Part shown: positions 49,701 through 61,300 of the stretch, in pieces
How the letters are laid out: every line of letters starts with the position of its first letter
Position numbering within the stretch: the stretch's first letter is position 1
Source of the DNA: Rhizaria sp. SCN 62-66
Lineage: Eukaryota
DNA length: 64,000 bases
Reading direction: 5' to 3'
Assembly: GCA_001724265.1 (NCBI GenBank)
Contig: MEDY01000187.1
Location: 1 to 64,000, forward strand
Notes under the pieces: model-generated
Database searches by the model: none
What the model was told of the DNA's origin: nothing
What the model saw: the letters and a program-made list of their open reading frames with translations, nothing else
Program-made: the position numbers and the translations under genes

Positions 49701-52482
49701 CTGTGTGCCGCCCCGCTGGCGGAGTGAGTCGCAGCGCCGGCGAGGCCCGCAGCGCTGCCGCCGGCGCCGGAGTGCGAGTGAGCGCCCGCGGAGGGCGCGG
49801 TGTGGCTGACGGTCTTGACCGTGGCCATGATCAGCCCCACGGCGGGGGCGTAGCCAAGCAGCGGCGTGCCGAGGCCGAGGCTGCGCGGGAGGGCGATCTT
49901 GGTTATGCCGCCGATGTCTCTCCGCGGGTCTTTGCCCGCGCCCGCCTCTTTACTATGGAGCGCGCGCAGGTCGATGAGCTGCAGCGACCAGTCGAGCTGC
50001 CGCGACGCCGCCAGCACCACGAGTTGGCGGCTGCGGTAGCGGCTGATGAGAGGGCGCGCGCTGCGGGAATCTAAGGGGGTACTTACGGTCGCAGATGAAA
50101 ATCCAGTAACTTTTGTCATGGAAGATAATGAAGGCAAATAGACCGAACGACTCGCGTTACGAGTCGCCACTGCATGGACGTCGCCGCTGTCCCTGCTATC
50201 ACTTGAGCTTTTGCTGTCAGTCTCGCCAGCGTTGTCATCGTCGTCATCAGCAGACTCGAACGCAGTGCCTTGCGTGGCGTCCTGAGTCCACAGCAGCGCC
50301 GAGCCGCGGCTCGCACCGGCCAGGGCAACTGCCGCCACCACAGCGCCATACACGACATCACTACCCGCATCAGCATCGTCAGCAGCTGCAGCTGCAGGAG
50401 ATAAAGCACGCATCGAAGAAGCGCCACGGAGACGCGGGTCCCAGACCCTCAGCACGCCGTCGCCGTAGGTGACTGCAAGCAGCGCGCCGCAGGGGGACCA
50501 CGCCATCGCGGCCGCGGGGCCGGACGGGTGCGACTCCCATTGTAACAAGGCGGGGGACGCTGTCGGGACTTGGCACAGGAGCGCAAGGAGTGTGTTTGTG
50601 TCGATATCCCAGACGCCGACAACGCCGCTCGTCGCGGTCACGGTGCTTGCTGAGGACGTATTCACCGTTGACGCAGCGGTCGCAGCGCTGATCGCGGCGG
50701 CTGCGGGGGCCGGTGCGGGCGCGGGGCAGGGGCACGCCACGGTCTTGTAGCTCACGGCGACCAGCGACGGGATGTACGGGTGCGGCGACAGCAGATCGGG
50801 GGTCAAGTGCCTTAGCTCCAGCGACGATAGCGCATGCTGCGGCGAGTTCGCAACATTTGCACTGGAGCTTGCAGTCGGCAAGTGAAGTGCAGCCCTCAGC
50901 GCGGCGTTGATGCCCGCAGACACAGGTGACACGCAGCCCACAACCGTCGCACTGGCACAGGCACTCGTACTGGTACTGGTACCGGAGCTTTCAGCAGCGA
51001 CGGACTCTAAATGGGCGCTTAGCCCGAGATCGAATGCCTTGAGGTTGCCGTCGCTGAGGACTGCCCAGACGCGCCTGTGCGCGCCGAGCGCGGAGTCAGC
51101 GGGGCCCGTGGCCAGGGCCAGCACGGCCTCTTTCGCGCCGTAGTGACCGTGACCGTGACCGTGAGCGTGGGCGCGAGGGGGGCTGGAGCTGCTGCTTACC
51201 GCAGCAGCGGAGCTCGAGTTCGAGCTGTTGTCGGAGTTTGTCCTCGCGTTATGAGTAAACGCATGGAACTTAAACGGCTGTAACGCCACCGTCTTGACAG
51301 CTTCACTAGAGCTTGTGCTGGAGTTGTTGTTGTTGCTGGGTGCCACAGTTGTGCTGTTTTCGGCGAGTTTGTACGTGGCCGTCTCTAGGGGTGCCGCGAC
51401 AATGTAAGGGCCGAGCGAGCTCACAGCCCACGACGCGGTGCTGGGGGCGCTGCCGCCGCCACCACTTCCATCAGCCGATGCAGAGGACGGTGCCAGCACC
51501 AGCGCGGGCGACTCCGAGCGAAGCGGGATGCCGGCCAGCGCGATGCCGGCAACGCCGCTGCTACTGCTCACGGCAACCGGCGACACGGGCGCAGGCACGA
51601 CGCCGCTGCCCGTGCTGGAGGCTGATGCTGAGGCCGAGGCTGAGACTGAGGTTGCGACGGAGGCTGCGGAAGTGACCGTGAGCGGAAGCGAGAGCGGGTG
51701 GCCATGGGTGTCGACGAAGACGGCCCGGGCGCGGTCCTCGGACGCGAACAGCGGCCTCAGCGACACGCCTTCGGGCGCGACCAGCGACTGCAGCTGCGCC
51801 TGTTGTTGCGCCTGTTGTTGCGCCTGCAACTGCAACTGCGACGGCAGCTGTGACGGCAACGGGGAGACAGGGGAGCTGGACACAGCGGCCGGACCGCTTG
51901 AAACAGCAGCAGGCGCCGCAACAGCAGCGTTTGCAGAGCTAACTGGAGCTGCTACCGAGCTGAGACTGGTGACAGCGCTAGACGTGACGTTAGAGCTTGT
52001 GCTACCAGTACTGGTCACACTTGAAGCCGCAATTGTGGCCGTTGTGTTGGTGGTCGCGAGGGGGTTGGGCGTGTTGCGGAAGATGGCGAGCGCCGCGGGG
52101 CGGGCGCCGGATGGCTTGATGACGCCTGCAGCATCCGGCTTCGCACCCGCGGACTCAGCGGCCTCGGCGCCAGTGGCGGGCGCGGCTGCTGAGGACGATG
52201 AGGCAGCGGTAGCAGCAGGCGCGGGCGTGGACGCGGCGGCGGGCGCGGGGGGAATGCCAAGCTTGCGCTGTTCCTCAGCGCAGCCAAAACGGCTCACCCA
52301 CTATGGATAAGCGTGCAAACACATCAATATTATCAATATCATGTTATTATGGTGAGTTAGAACATCGCGAAAGGTCAGGAGTGCTCCACATGCGTTGGAG
52401 GGAGGTTACAGAGAGACCGTTGAAGTCAGCTTAGGATGCAGAAACATACCATGTTGACACGCGATGACTTGGGAGAGGACAT
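46743..52482 (-). CDS. Coronin-like WD40 protein with C-terminal coiled coil, ~1803 aa; exons 52482-52450, 52300-48176, 47996-46743
   Basis: HPYIPSLVAVS, VGVWDIDT, AMAWSPCGALLAVTYGDGVLRVWDPR, LQLIDLR, then coiled coil LRTELMIAKGEISKLKAEAAAVRAEL. Phase-0 introns of 149 and 179 nt. Exon 1 is inferred. Ends in TGA. Confidence 0.6.
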
Positions 52483-53156
52483 CGTCCGTGCTCTAAGGGC
52501 TTCCAAAAAGGAAGTGTGGTCGTTTAGATCGGCCTGTGCTGCTTGGTAGGAAAAACAAGGCCTGGCTCGCGAAGCGAAACTCTGAGTTGTCTAAAAGGAG
52601 GCGGCAGAAAGGTGAGACACAGGTTGCAAGCAAAACACAAGAAGGATCAATAAGAGAACAGCAAGGGACAACTTGATAAAAGAGACAAGCATCAAACCAC
52701 GACGAGAAGGCGGCCAAAACCTGTGCCCGAAATCACATTCAACTCGGTCTCCAGCCTGCTCACGGTCACCAGACCGTGACCGAGTTCGACAAGAGACGTG
52801 GTGGAGGCTGGGGGACTGACGGCTCGAGAGAATGAGCGCACCTTTCGTGCAAAAGTTTGTTGCCTTTGAAGGGTGATGTTGCCGAGATACGGACTGTTAT
52901 AACACTAACGCGAGTATATGATCATCTTTTTACAAGGGCATACCAACGGAAGTCTGTTGATTCGAAATCCAAAGATTGTTAGCGGAGCCGTGGCTCCGCC
53001 TGCGTGCGCTCTTCCCTCCTGACTTGCCCCGACCTTGCCACACACTTGCTCACCCGACCTGCTCTCTAAACCTTCTGTGCCCGGCTACAGACCCCCTTTT
53101 CTCCCTAAGACGCCGACCGTTGGCTTCGTGCAGCTGGTACAACCGCTTCTGAAGCC

Positions 53157-56100
53157 ATGTCATCCGGTGCCGCCGCTGGGGACCTCCTCAGAGCGCCCTC
53201 GGCCAACACACTGCGCTACTTCTGGGGCCGCCCCGGCGCGCTCGTCAACGGCTCCGTCCAGGCCTCGGGCGGCAAACCCGTGAAGCCGGTGGACAACAAG
53301 CAACGCGTTAAGGACGAAATGTGGCTCAACCGCGAGATCTCCAAGGGCCAGGATATTGTGGACCGCAGCAACCAGAAGGCCACGACGCCCGGCGTCCGCG
53401 CCCTCGAGTCGTGCCCGCCGCCGACGCGCCTGCACCCGCAGTTCCTCCTCTCGGGCTACCTTGCCGTCCGCAACACGGGCGACTGGTCTCGCAAGTGGAC
53501 GCTGCGCTACTGCCTGCTGACGACGCACCACCTGTACATCTTCAAGCGCGCGCCCCCCGCGCTATCGGGCTTCGACGCCGCCGCGGGCGCCGAGGACGCC
53601 TCGGGTCTCACGCCCGGCGCGCCCGGCTCCGCCGCCGCCGCCTCCTCCTCCGCCGCCGCCGCGAGCAGCAACAGCAACAACAGCAACGGCGGCGTCGCCG
53701 GCACGCCCATGCGCCTGCGCGTCCCCTCCTCGTCGCTCAACTCGCCGCTGCAGCCGTCGTCGCCCACGTCAACCTTCTCCGCCGCCGCCTCGCCCTCCGC
53801 CGCCGCGGTCCCCGGCTCCTGCGCCGCCGCCGCCGCCCTGTCCGGCGCCGCGTCCCCGTCGGTCGCGTCGCCATACGCGCCGTCGACTAACCGCGCCCCC
53901 TCGTCCGCTGTAGCAACATCTCTCGGCTTCGCCCCGCGCGCGCTGCCCTTCTCCCCGACGACGGCACCGATCGCCTACACATCGCCGCCAGCGTACCCGA
54001 ACCTGGCCGCGGACCCGGCGTCGGAGCTCTTCGGCGAATACCGCGATCGTGTGCCCGTGGACGACCGGCTCGCCGTCATCGACGTCACGGCCTCGGGCGC
54101 TGCCGAGCCCCTCGTCTTCCAGCTCTCGCACCCCGACAAGCACATGACGCTCTTCCGCGCCGTCAACGCGCGTCAGTGCGGGCTGTGGACCAGCGTGCTG
54201 CGCACCGCGGCCCTCATGACTTCGCACGTCTTCGCCGGTCAACCCCTGTCGCGGCCCTTGGACCACGCCGCCCCGGTCTGCGCGCCCGCCGCTCTGACCG
54301 CGCTCGCCGCCGCCTCGGGCTACGCGCAGCCCGCGCCGGGCCCCGCTGGCGCTGGCTCTGCGGCCTCTGGTGCCGCCACCTCGTCGTCCTCGGCCTCTGG
54401 CGCCCCCGCACCCGCCGCTGCCGCTGTGGCGCCGCTGGTGGGCTACCCCGTACTGCCCTGGCCCAGCCAGTGGCCCGCATCCTGGCTCACCTCCAACGCC
54501 TCCTGGTTCCCGCAGGTCCGTCCAATCGTCAATGTGGATATATTGTTTATATTTTTCTTTTGTTTTACGTTTTGTATTTAAAGTGTATTTTCATATTTGT
54601 GCCCATCGCTCACTATATCCTGATATTTTCTCTTCCTTTCTCACTGCCTTTGACTCCACATCCCAGGCTCCTCACGTCAATGCGTTGATCCCTGCATACT
54701 GCGACCGCTCCACCGAGGTCGTCAACGTCCTCTACCTCCCGGCGCCGTCCTCCCCGACGTGTTCCGCGGCCGCCAGCCCCACCGCGGGCCTCGGCACGGT
54801 CATCAGCGGCGGCGCCGAGTGGACCGACCGCGTCTACGCCGTCCTCCCGTCCCGCACCACCGCCGCCACGGCGTCCTCCGCCAGCGCCAGCGCCGGCAGC
54901 AAGCGCGGCGCCGCGGCGGCCGCGTCCGCGCCCCGCGGCGTGGTGACGGTGTCACTGGGCGACGGCGGCCAGGTGGAGCTCGACGTGCACGCACTGTGGG
55001 TTCACCACCAGACCGCCGTGTCGGCCGGGCAGTGCGAGACGCTGCCCACGGTCCTGGCCGAGGGCACCGAAGTGAAGCCGCCCGTCGGCTGCACCGTCGA
55101 GAGCGAGCGCAAGTTCGTGCACGCCAACTTCGCCGTCATGGACTCGTTCTACAACGCTGACATGCACCTCGCGTGGTCCTTCGAGACCGTCACTCTGGCC
55201 TGCGCCCCCTGCGCCCCCGCCGCCCCCGCTGCTGCCGCGGTTCCTGTCTCTGCGCCTGCGGCTGCGCCCGCGGCGTCGACTGCAGCCGCAGAGACGGGCG
55301 ACGTGGTGTGCGGGCCGAATGCCGCCGTCGTCTCCGCGGTTGAGCACTCGCTGCTCGCCGTCGTGTACACACAGCCGCCCGCGGCGCGCGTCGCACTGGG
55401 CCTCGTCTTCACACTGCTCGCGCACTGCTCCATTACGCCCGAGCTCACCGCCACCGGCGGGCTCAGCGGCCGCGCGCTGCTGCAAGCAGCCACGCTTCTG
55501 CTGGCCACCGCCATCGGCGCTGTGATCGCCGTCGACGCGCTGCGCACCCCGCCCAAGCCCTGCAAGGCGCCCGCCAGTGTCTCCAATAAGCCCGTCGCCG
55601 CTGCCGCCAAGGCCCCCGTCGCCGCCGCCGCCGTCGCCTCCGCTGCCCTATCTACGCCTGCCGCGGCCACTGCTGCGGCTAGAGTGAGCGAGCCCGTGAC
55701 CGTGCACTTGCTGACGCTCATCCCGGTGCGCCTGAGCGACCGCCACTCGCCGTCGGGTCCCACGCTGCTCAACGGCGCGCCGCTCGACGCGCGCGAGTGG
55801 CCGCCGCTGCCGCGCACCACGGTCTTCTGCACTGCCGCCGCGGGCGCGACGGTCGGCGCCTCTGCCGGCGCGCGCCGCGCGGCTTACGCGTCCTCTCTCG
55901 CCGGCAGCGGCGGCGCCGCAGCCAACGGCGCGGCAGGCGGCGATGATGCTCCAGCAGGCCATGGGCGTGCGCTCGGTCGTCCCGCTCGCACCCGCCACGG
56001 CCTCTTCCCCGCGCGCGGGCCTCCTCTCCGCCTCTGGCGGCGCCGGCGGCTCCCATGCTGCACTGGGCGGTCTGTCTGGGCTCGGCGTCGCCGTCCCCGG

Positions 56101-57283
56101 CGGCGGCAGCGCGGGCGACGCAACCGCGAGACCCGTGGCCCGCGGCGCCAGCGCCGACCGCAACGACGCCTTCTCCGACAACGACGAGTCGGGCGACGAG
56201 GACACCGGCAGCGACCTCGAACTCACCGGCGGCGCCGCTGCCGGCGCGGGCACGGGCGCGGGCGCTAGATCCGGCCACACGCGCAGCAGCAGAGGCAGCA
56301 CCGACGCGTCGGCCGCCACCGCGCACTCCGCCGCTGCGGCCGCCGCGACCGCTGCCGCCGCGGCCGACGGATCGATCCCGTCCGCGGCCGCCGCCAACGC
56401 CGCCGCGGCGGCCGCGACGGCGCCGGCCGTGGTGCGCGAGGACCCTAACTGCGGCAACGTGTACTTTGCTCCCTGGGGTGCGTGGTGCCAGTCAGATTAC
56501 CGGCCGCTAGTGCTGCGCGGGCCTGACTACCTGACCAACAAGAAGAAGCCCAAGGTGCCCGCGACACCTTTCCGGTTCGAGTCGTGCCACTGCGAGATCG
56601 TGGCGGTGCGCAAGATGCGCGCGCACGACGCCGCGCGCCGCAACAGCTACTTCAACCAGCAGCTCAACATGATCAAGGAGCACGGCCGCGAGGCTGAGTG
56701 GGCGCTGGGCACGCCGCTCAAGTTTATGCTGGTCAACTTTATGGTGCCCGGGTCGCCGCAGTACAACTTCGTCATGTACTTCCGCAACCCGTACATCAGC
56801 CCGTCGCCGTACCCTGAGCACGCACATGGGCTGGCCCCGGGCAGCTTCACGCCCACGGTCAACTACCCTGAGGGCGACCCCTTCTTCGACCTCATGGACC
56901 GCTTCGTTAACGGCACCGACGAGTTCCGCACGAGCCGCTTCAAGTACATCCCCAACGTCGCCGTAGGCAGCTGGATCGTCAAGCGCGGCGTCGGCCAGAC
57001 GCCCGTCATCCTCGGCAACAAGCTCAAACAGCGCTACTACCAGGACGCGAACAAGCAGTACATGGAGATCGACGTCGACGTGTCGTCGTCCTCGGTCGCT
57101 GGCTCCGTGCTCAAGCTCGTCAAGGGCTACGCCAAGACGCTCGAGATCGACCTCAACTTCCTGCTCGAGCCGCACGCCAACGATGAGCTGCCCGAGGCGC
57201 TATGGGGCGGCGTCCGCATTTGCAACGTCGACCTGCTCAACATCAAGATTTCCGAGGACGAAATCGAGGAGAACGACCAGTGA
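53157..57283 (+). CDS. PH-domain + hydrophobic hairpin + EDR2 C-terminal (DUF1336) protein; intron 54516-54666; +1 frame break near 55900-55940
   Basis: PH motif LLSGYLAVRNTGDWSRKWTLRYCLLTTHHLYIFK...CGLWTSVLR. EDR2-C motifs LRGPDYLTNKKK, VNFMVPG, FRTSRFKYIPNVAVGSWIVKRGVG, YMEIDVDVSSS, ELPEALWG. Spliced length is 3n+1. Ends in TGA. Confidence 0.8.
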
Positions 57284-58351
57284 GCGGCCGGCCCACGCGC
57301 TGTAGCGTCATCAGCGGCAGTGGCAGTTGCGGTGAGCAGTGACGACTGCGAGCAGTGACTGTGTTGATTGACGGACTGCTGTTTTTTTGTTTTTGTTTAC
57401 ATGTGTTCATTTTTCATATTTTTTGACTTTGTTTTAGTGAAAGAAACATTGACCTATTTTGTTGTTGCTGCTGTTTGCTTGTTCATTTGCACATGTTTAT
57501 GTCTTAAGAAATGCCAGCAAAAATCTTTTATTTGAACTTGGTTTCTTTTGTGTTGTGTGCTTTGGTTGATGCTGAGGTGCGTGTCCACGAAGAACGAGAT
57601 GAATAGATCCACATCACTAGAGGATGTAGGTAATTGTTATTGTTTTTGTCTTTGTAAATTGTTAGCAACATCAACATCATATTCATCGTTGTCGTCAACC
57701 TCGAGTGTTGAAATGTGTTGTTGCTCTCACGATAAGCCATTATGACCTGCGGAATTGCACACGCATTCGGTAAATTCTTTTATTTTGTTCTTTCGGCAAC
57801 CGTGTTTCTTTTCACATATCTTTTTAATACATTTAATCACTGTTAAAATATCTCTGGCGTTCATGTATGTTTGTCTGGCCGCAAGCTAGATGCTTGCTGT
57901 ATTGGGTCGCTGCTGATAAGAGCTACTGACCTCCAGCGTTGCGGCCAGTACCGATATACTCAACGTTGCATTCATTTATATTGTGCAGGATGTGTCCCGT
58001 TAAGTTGAGACCGTAGTGCTATGATTTCAAGTCACAACCCTCGTCAGTAACCAGATGTTATCTTACACTTCGAGTTCATACACGTGTGATTTGACAGATT
58101 TTGCGATTTCGAAACGTACCTCTCGAAAAAGGTGCGATTTTGACTGCATGCCAGCATTATCTATGTCTTTAAATGACTCCTCACGCATACACTATGTCTT
58201 TTCATGTTTGTGTCCTCCATCATACAGTGTGCTTTTTCTTCAGCCCACCCAGTCTTGTGTCAGTTTGAGATTGTTTATATCTCGCTCAAAAGTCCGTCAA
58301 TAGAGCTTTACTACGTGCAAGCGCGTGTCCGTTTTACGACACACCTGGATA

Positions 58352-61300
58352 ATGTCAAATGATTCATCTGACGACGATTTTCTTAGTGTTAGTCCTGCGC
58401 TTCAGAAGCGGTTAGATGCGGTCCAGCAGCAGGTCAACGAGCGCCTTCTTTCCGAGGCTCGTGCACGCCAAGACGCTGCCGACGCCTCTGCCGCTCGCAC
58501 CCATGCCGCTGCCTTACGTAAAAACGAACGTTATTTGAAGAAGCATGGGAAGCAGCCTTCTGGCGTGAGTCAAAACGCTGTCCTTGCCGCAGCGGCCACT
58601 TCTGCGGCACCCATTGCAAGGCAACGGAAAGAGTTCGTCTTAGACCCCACCACGAACAAATTTTACCGCACGACCGTCACATCACTGCCACCAAGTAGTT
58701 CGCTTGCGGGCAATTGCGTCCTCGTTGCTACAGCTAACGACAGCCTTGCGATCAGCGAGCCTCCCGCCGCCCCGTCTGCAGTGCCCATCACGACCGCGCT
58801 CGCAGCTCGGCGGTGCGCTTCGCAGTGTGCTTCCCAGGCTTCATCTCTCTCAACGAGCGGCTCCGCGACTGCGAGGCCACAGTACGGCCCCATCGCGGTT
58901 GCCGTGCATTCGGCCGTCGCGACGCCGCTGAACCTGGCTGCGCCGGGAACCGGCACGCTGCCCGTGCTCGCCGCCACCGTCGCCACCGTTGCCGCCGCCG
59001 CCGCCGCCGACCGCAACCACGCCCATCACGCCCACACTCGAGCTGACATCGCCAGCAGGCTCACCCCGCCTGCTTCACCGCCGCACGCGGCGCCGCGCCT
59101 GTCAGCTGCCGGCGCCGCAGCGTTTGAGCGCACGACTGCGCGCGCCGCTGCCTGCGGGCAGGCGTTTGGCTCCGCGCTCTGGTTCCCCGCGCCGCGCCCG
59201 TGGCCGCAGCGGCCGACAGGGCTTCAAGTTGCGCCGGCGACAGGTGCGTCCGCTTTTATAACGATCTTCCACCATATATTGAATGACTTGCACGTTTATG
59301 TGATTCTCTACGGCTCTGCCCTTGGTGTTGCATCTTTCGTTTACATACCAGCGTGCCGATGTGCACAATGATTACTGATTGTGCTTCACGGACTCATTTC
59401 ACATTTTATCCAACGTTTTAACATCGTTTTTCCTTGTATAGATGTGATTGTGCGCGCGCTTGGTTTCAACCTGACTGCAACACCATCCGACAGCCATGTT
59501 GGTCACAGCAACACCACGCTGCTTAATAGCCGTGGTCATCGAAGCATGTGCGCCATTGATACTACTCATACGGTGGCTCACACTGAAACTGCGTCGCCGT
59601 CGACACTTACAGTGTCATTTCTTGGTCAATCTGCCGATTTCTCTGTGTTGCGCAAGCCCTTACAAATGCACCAAGCATCTGCGAGCTTTAGTAACGCTAA
59701 TAGTGTATTAGTAATCCCTGATTTGTCGCTGTTGCAGACTCACCCGGTCCGTCGGCTGCTGAACAACAGCACGGCTGCTCGAAGTCATAGTAATATTGGC
59801 CGCGATAACAGTCAGCAGTCGCACGGTCAGCGCTCTCACCCTCAGCAGTTGCACAGTGAACTCTCTCAACGCTCGCACGGTCCGCACGGCGTGCGCGTGC
59901 ACTCACGAGGCGGCGCCGCTCATAGTCATTCACAAAGGTAGAGTGCTCGCCACGCGGAGGCAGACAGCGCAGACTCTGACGATGCCGATGAACAGGAGCG
60001 GGAGCGAGAGTTCTACCAACAGCACTTCGCGACGCCGGAGGTTCCGATTTGCTCCGTTTTGCACTTGTCCAACAGTGTACTATGTACATTTCAATCCTAC
60101 AGCACCACTTGCACTCACCCGCTGAATCAACGAACTGATGAAGAACAGTCGCGAAACTCAAACAACAATAACAATCCTACTAACAATAACAATAATAACC
60201 GCAATCGTAACTCGAACACTCCGAGTGGTAACATAACGCAAGCACCTGCTGCATCAGCTAATCTAGCTGGCCTCGACACGCGGTACAGCTGGGACGTGCC
60301 CTCCGCGGCCGCGCGGCGCCGGGTGCTGCTGGCGTGGCGCCGCGAGAGCGCGATCGCGAGCGACCTGGACAACGCCGGTGGAGCACGTGCTGCTAACGCT
60401 GAGGCTCGGAGTCGTCACAGTGGCGCCACACAGACTACGGACACTCCGAGCGGCAGCATGACTGCCGCGGAGAGTGTCGCAGGGTCTGCATCTTCAGCAG
60501 CGTTGAAGCCATTGCTTTCGTCTTTGTCATCGCAGTCGCGGGTGCTTACGACGAGTCGGCTCTTGTCGACTGTCGCCGAGCTTGGTGCTGCGGACTCCGT
60601 GGCTGCTCTTGACTTAAACGATGCCAACTTGGCCTCGACATGTGTCGACATGAGCAAGGATGATGATGTGTCGCCCCCACACGCAGTCGACGCAACGTAC
60701 GACATGAGCGTGACCCCGACATTTGAGTTTCTTCCTCTACGTCGCAGTGAGTTTTTTTCGAACAGTCGGCGCCATCAGTCTTGCGGGGCTCCGAGCAACG
60801 CCGCGAACGTTCTCGAACATCGTCTTCCACAGTCCGACCCGTTACCCGTGATTATGCGCGCATTCACTGGCGAATTCACGCCCGATGGCACTGGTGGCTG
60901 GGTCGAGATCATTACTCCGACAACAACCCCACCTGCATCACGGGGGGCCCATGCCACGGACGCTGCTCCCACAGTCACTGCGATGCCGCCGACCTGGTCG
61001 ATCGTCGCTCGCGTCCCTTTCCCCGGCCGCGCAGTCGCAGACGCCGTGATTGCGTGGCCGCACACTGCGCGCGCGGCAGCGCTTGTGCGGTGGGCCGAGG
61101 GGGTGATCGCCGCCCGCAGTGCTAAGTGTCGCATCCATGGCCTCAATTCGTGCAGCAGCGACGGTACATGTGACTGTGAGCTGCGGTGGGCTGTGCTGCG
61201 TAAATGGGGAGACAAACACGGAGTAGCGGTAAACTCTTCTGTGTCATGTGACTCCCATTCGCACACTAAGTCTGCGGTTACCACGGCGGACAGCACGATC

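Noticed and set aside
52301-52303. In-frame TAGs directly before exons (also 47997-47999, 41545-41547, 22455-22457)
   Set aside because: These are splice acceptors at the end of AT-rich introns with matching donors.
58055-58351. Upstream ORF in frame with the DCAF4-like gene across another TAG (58301-58303)
   Set aside because: AT-rich, promoter/UTR-like composition. ATG 58352 is the more plausible start, so this TAG was not counted as evidence.
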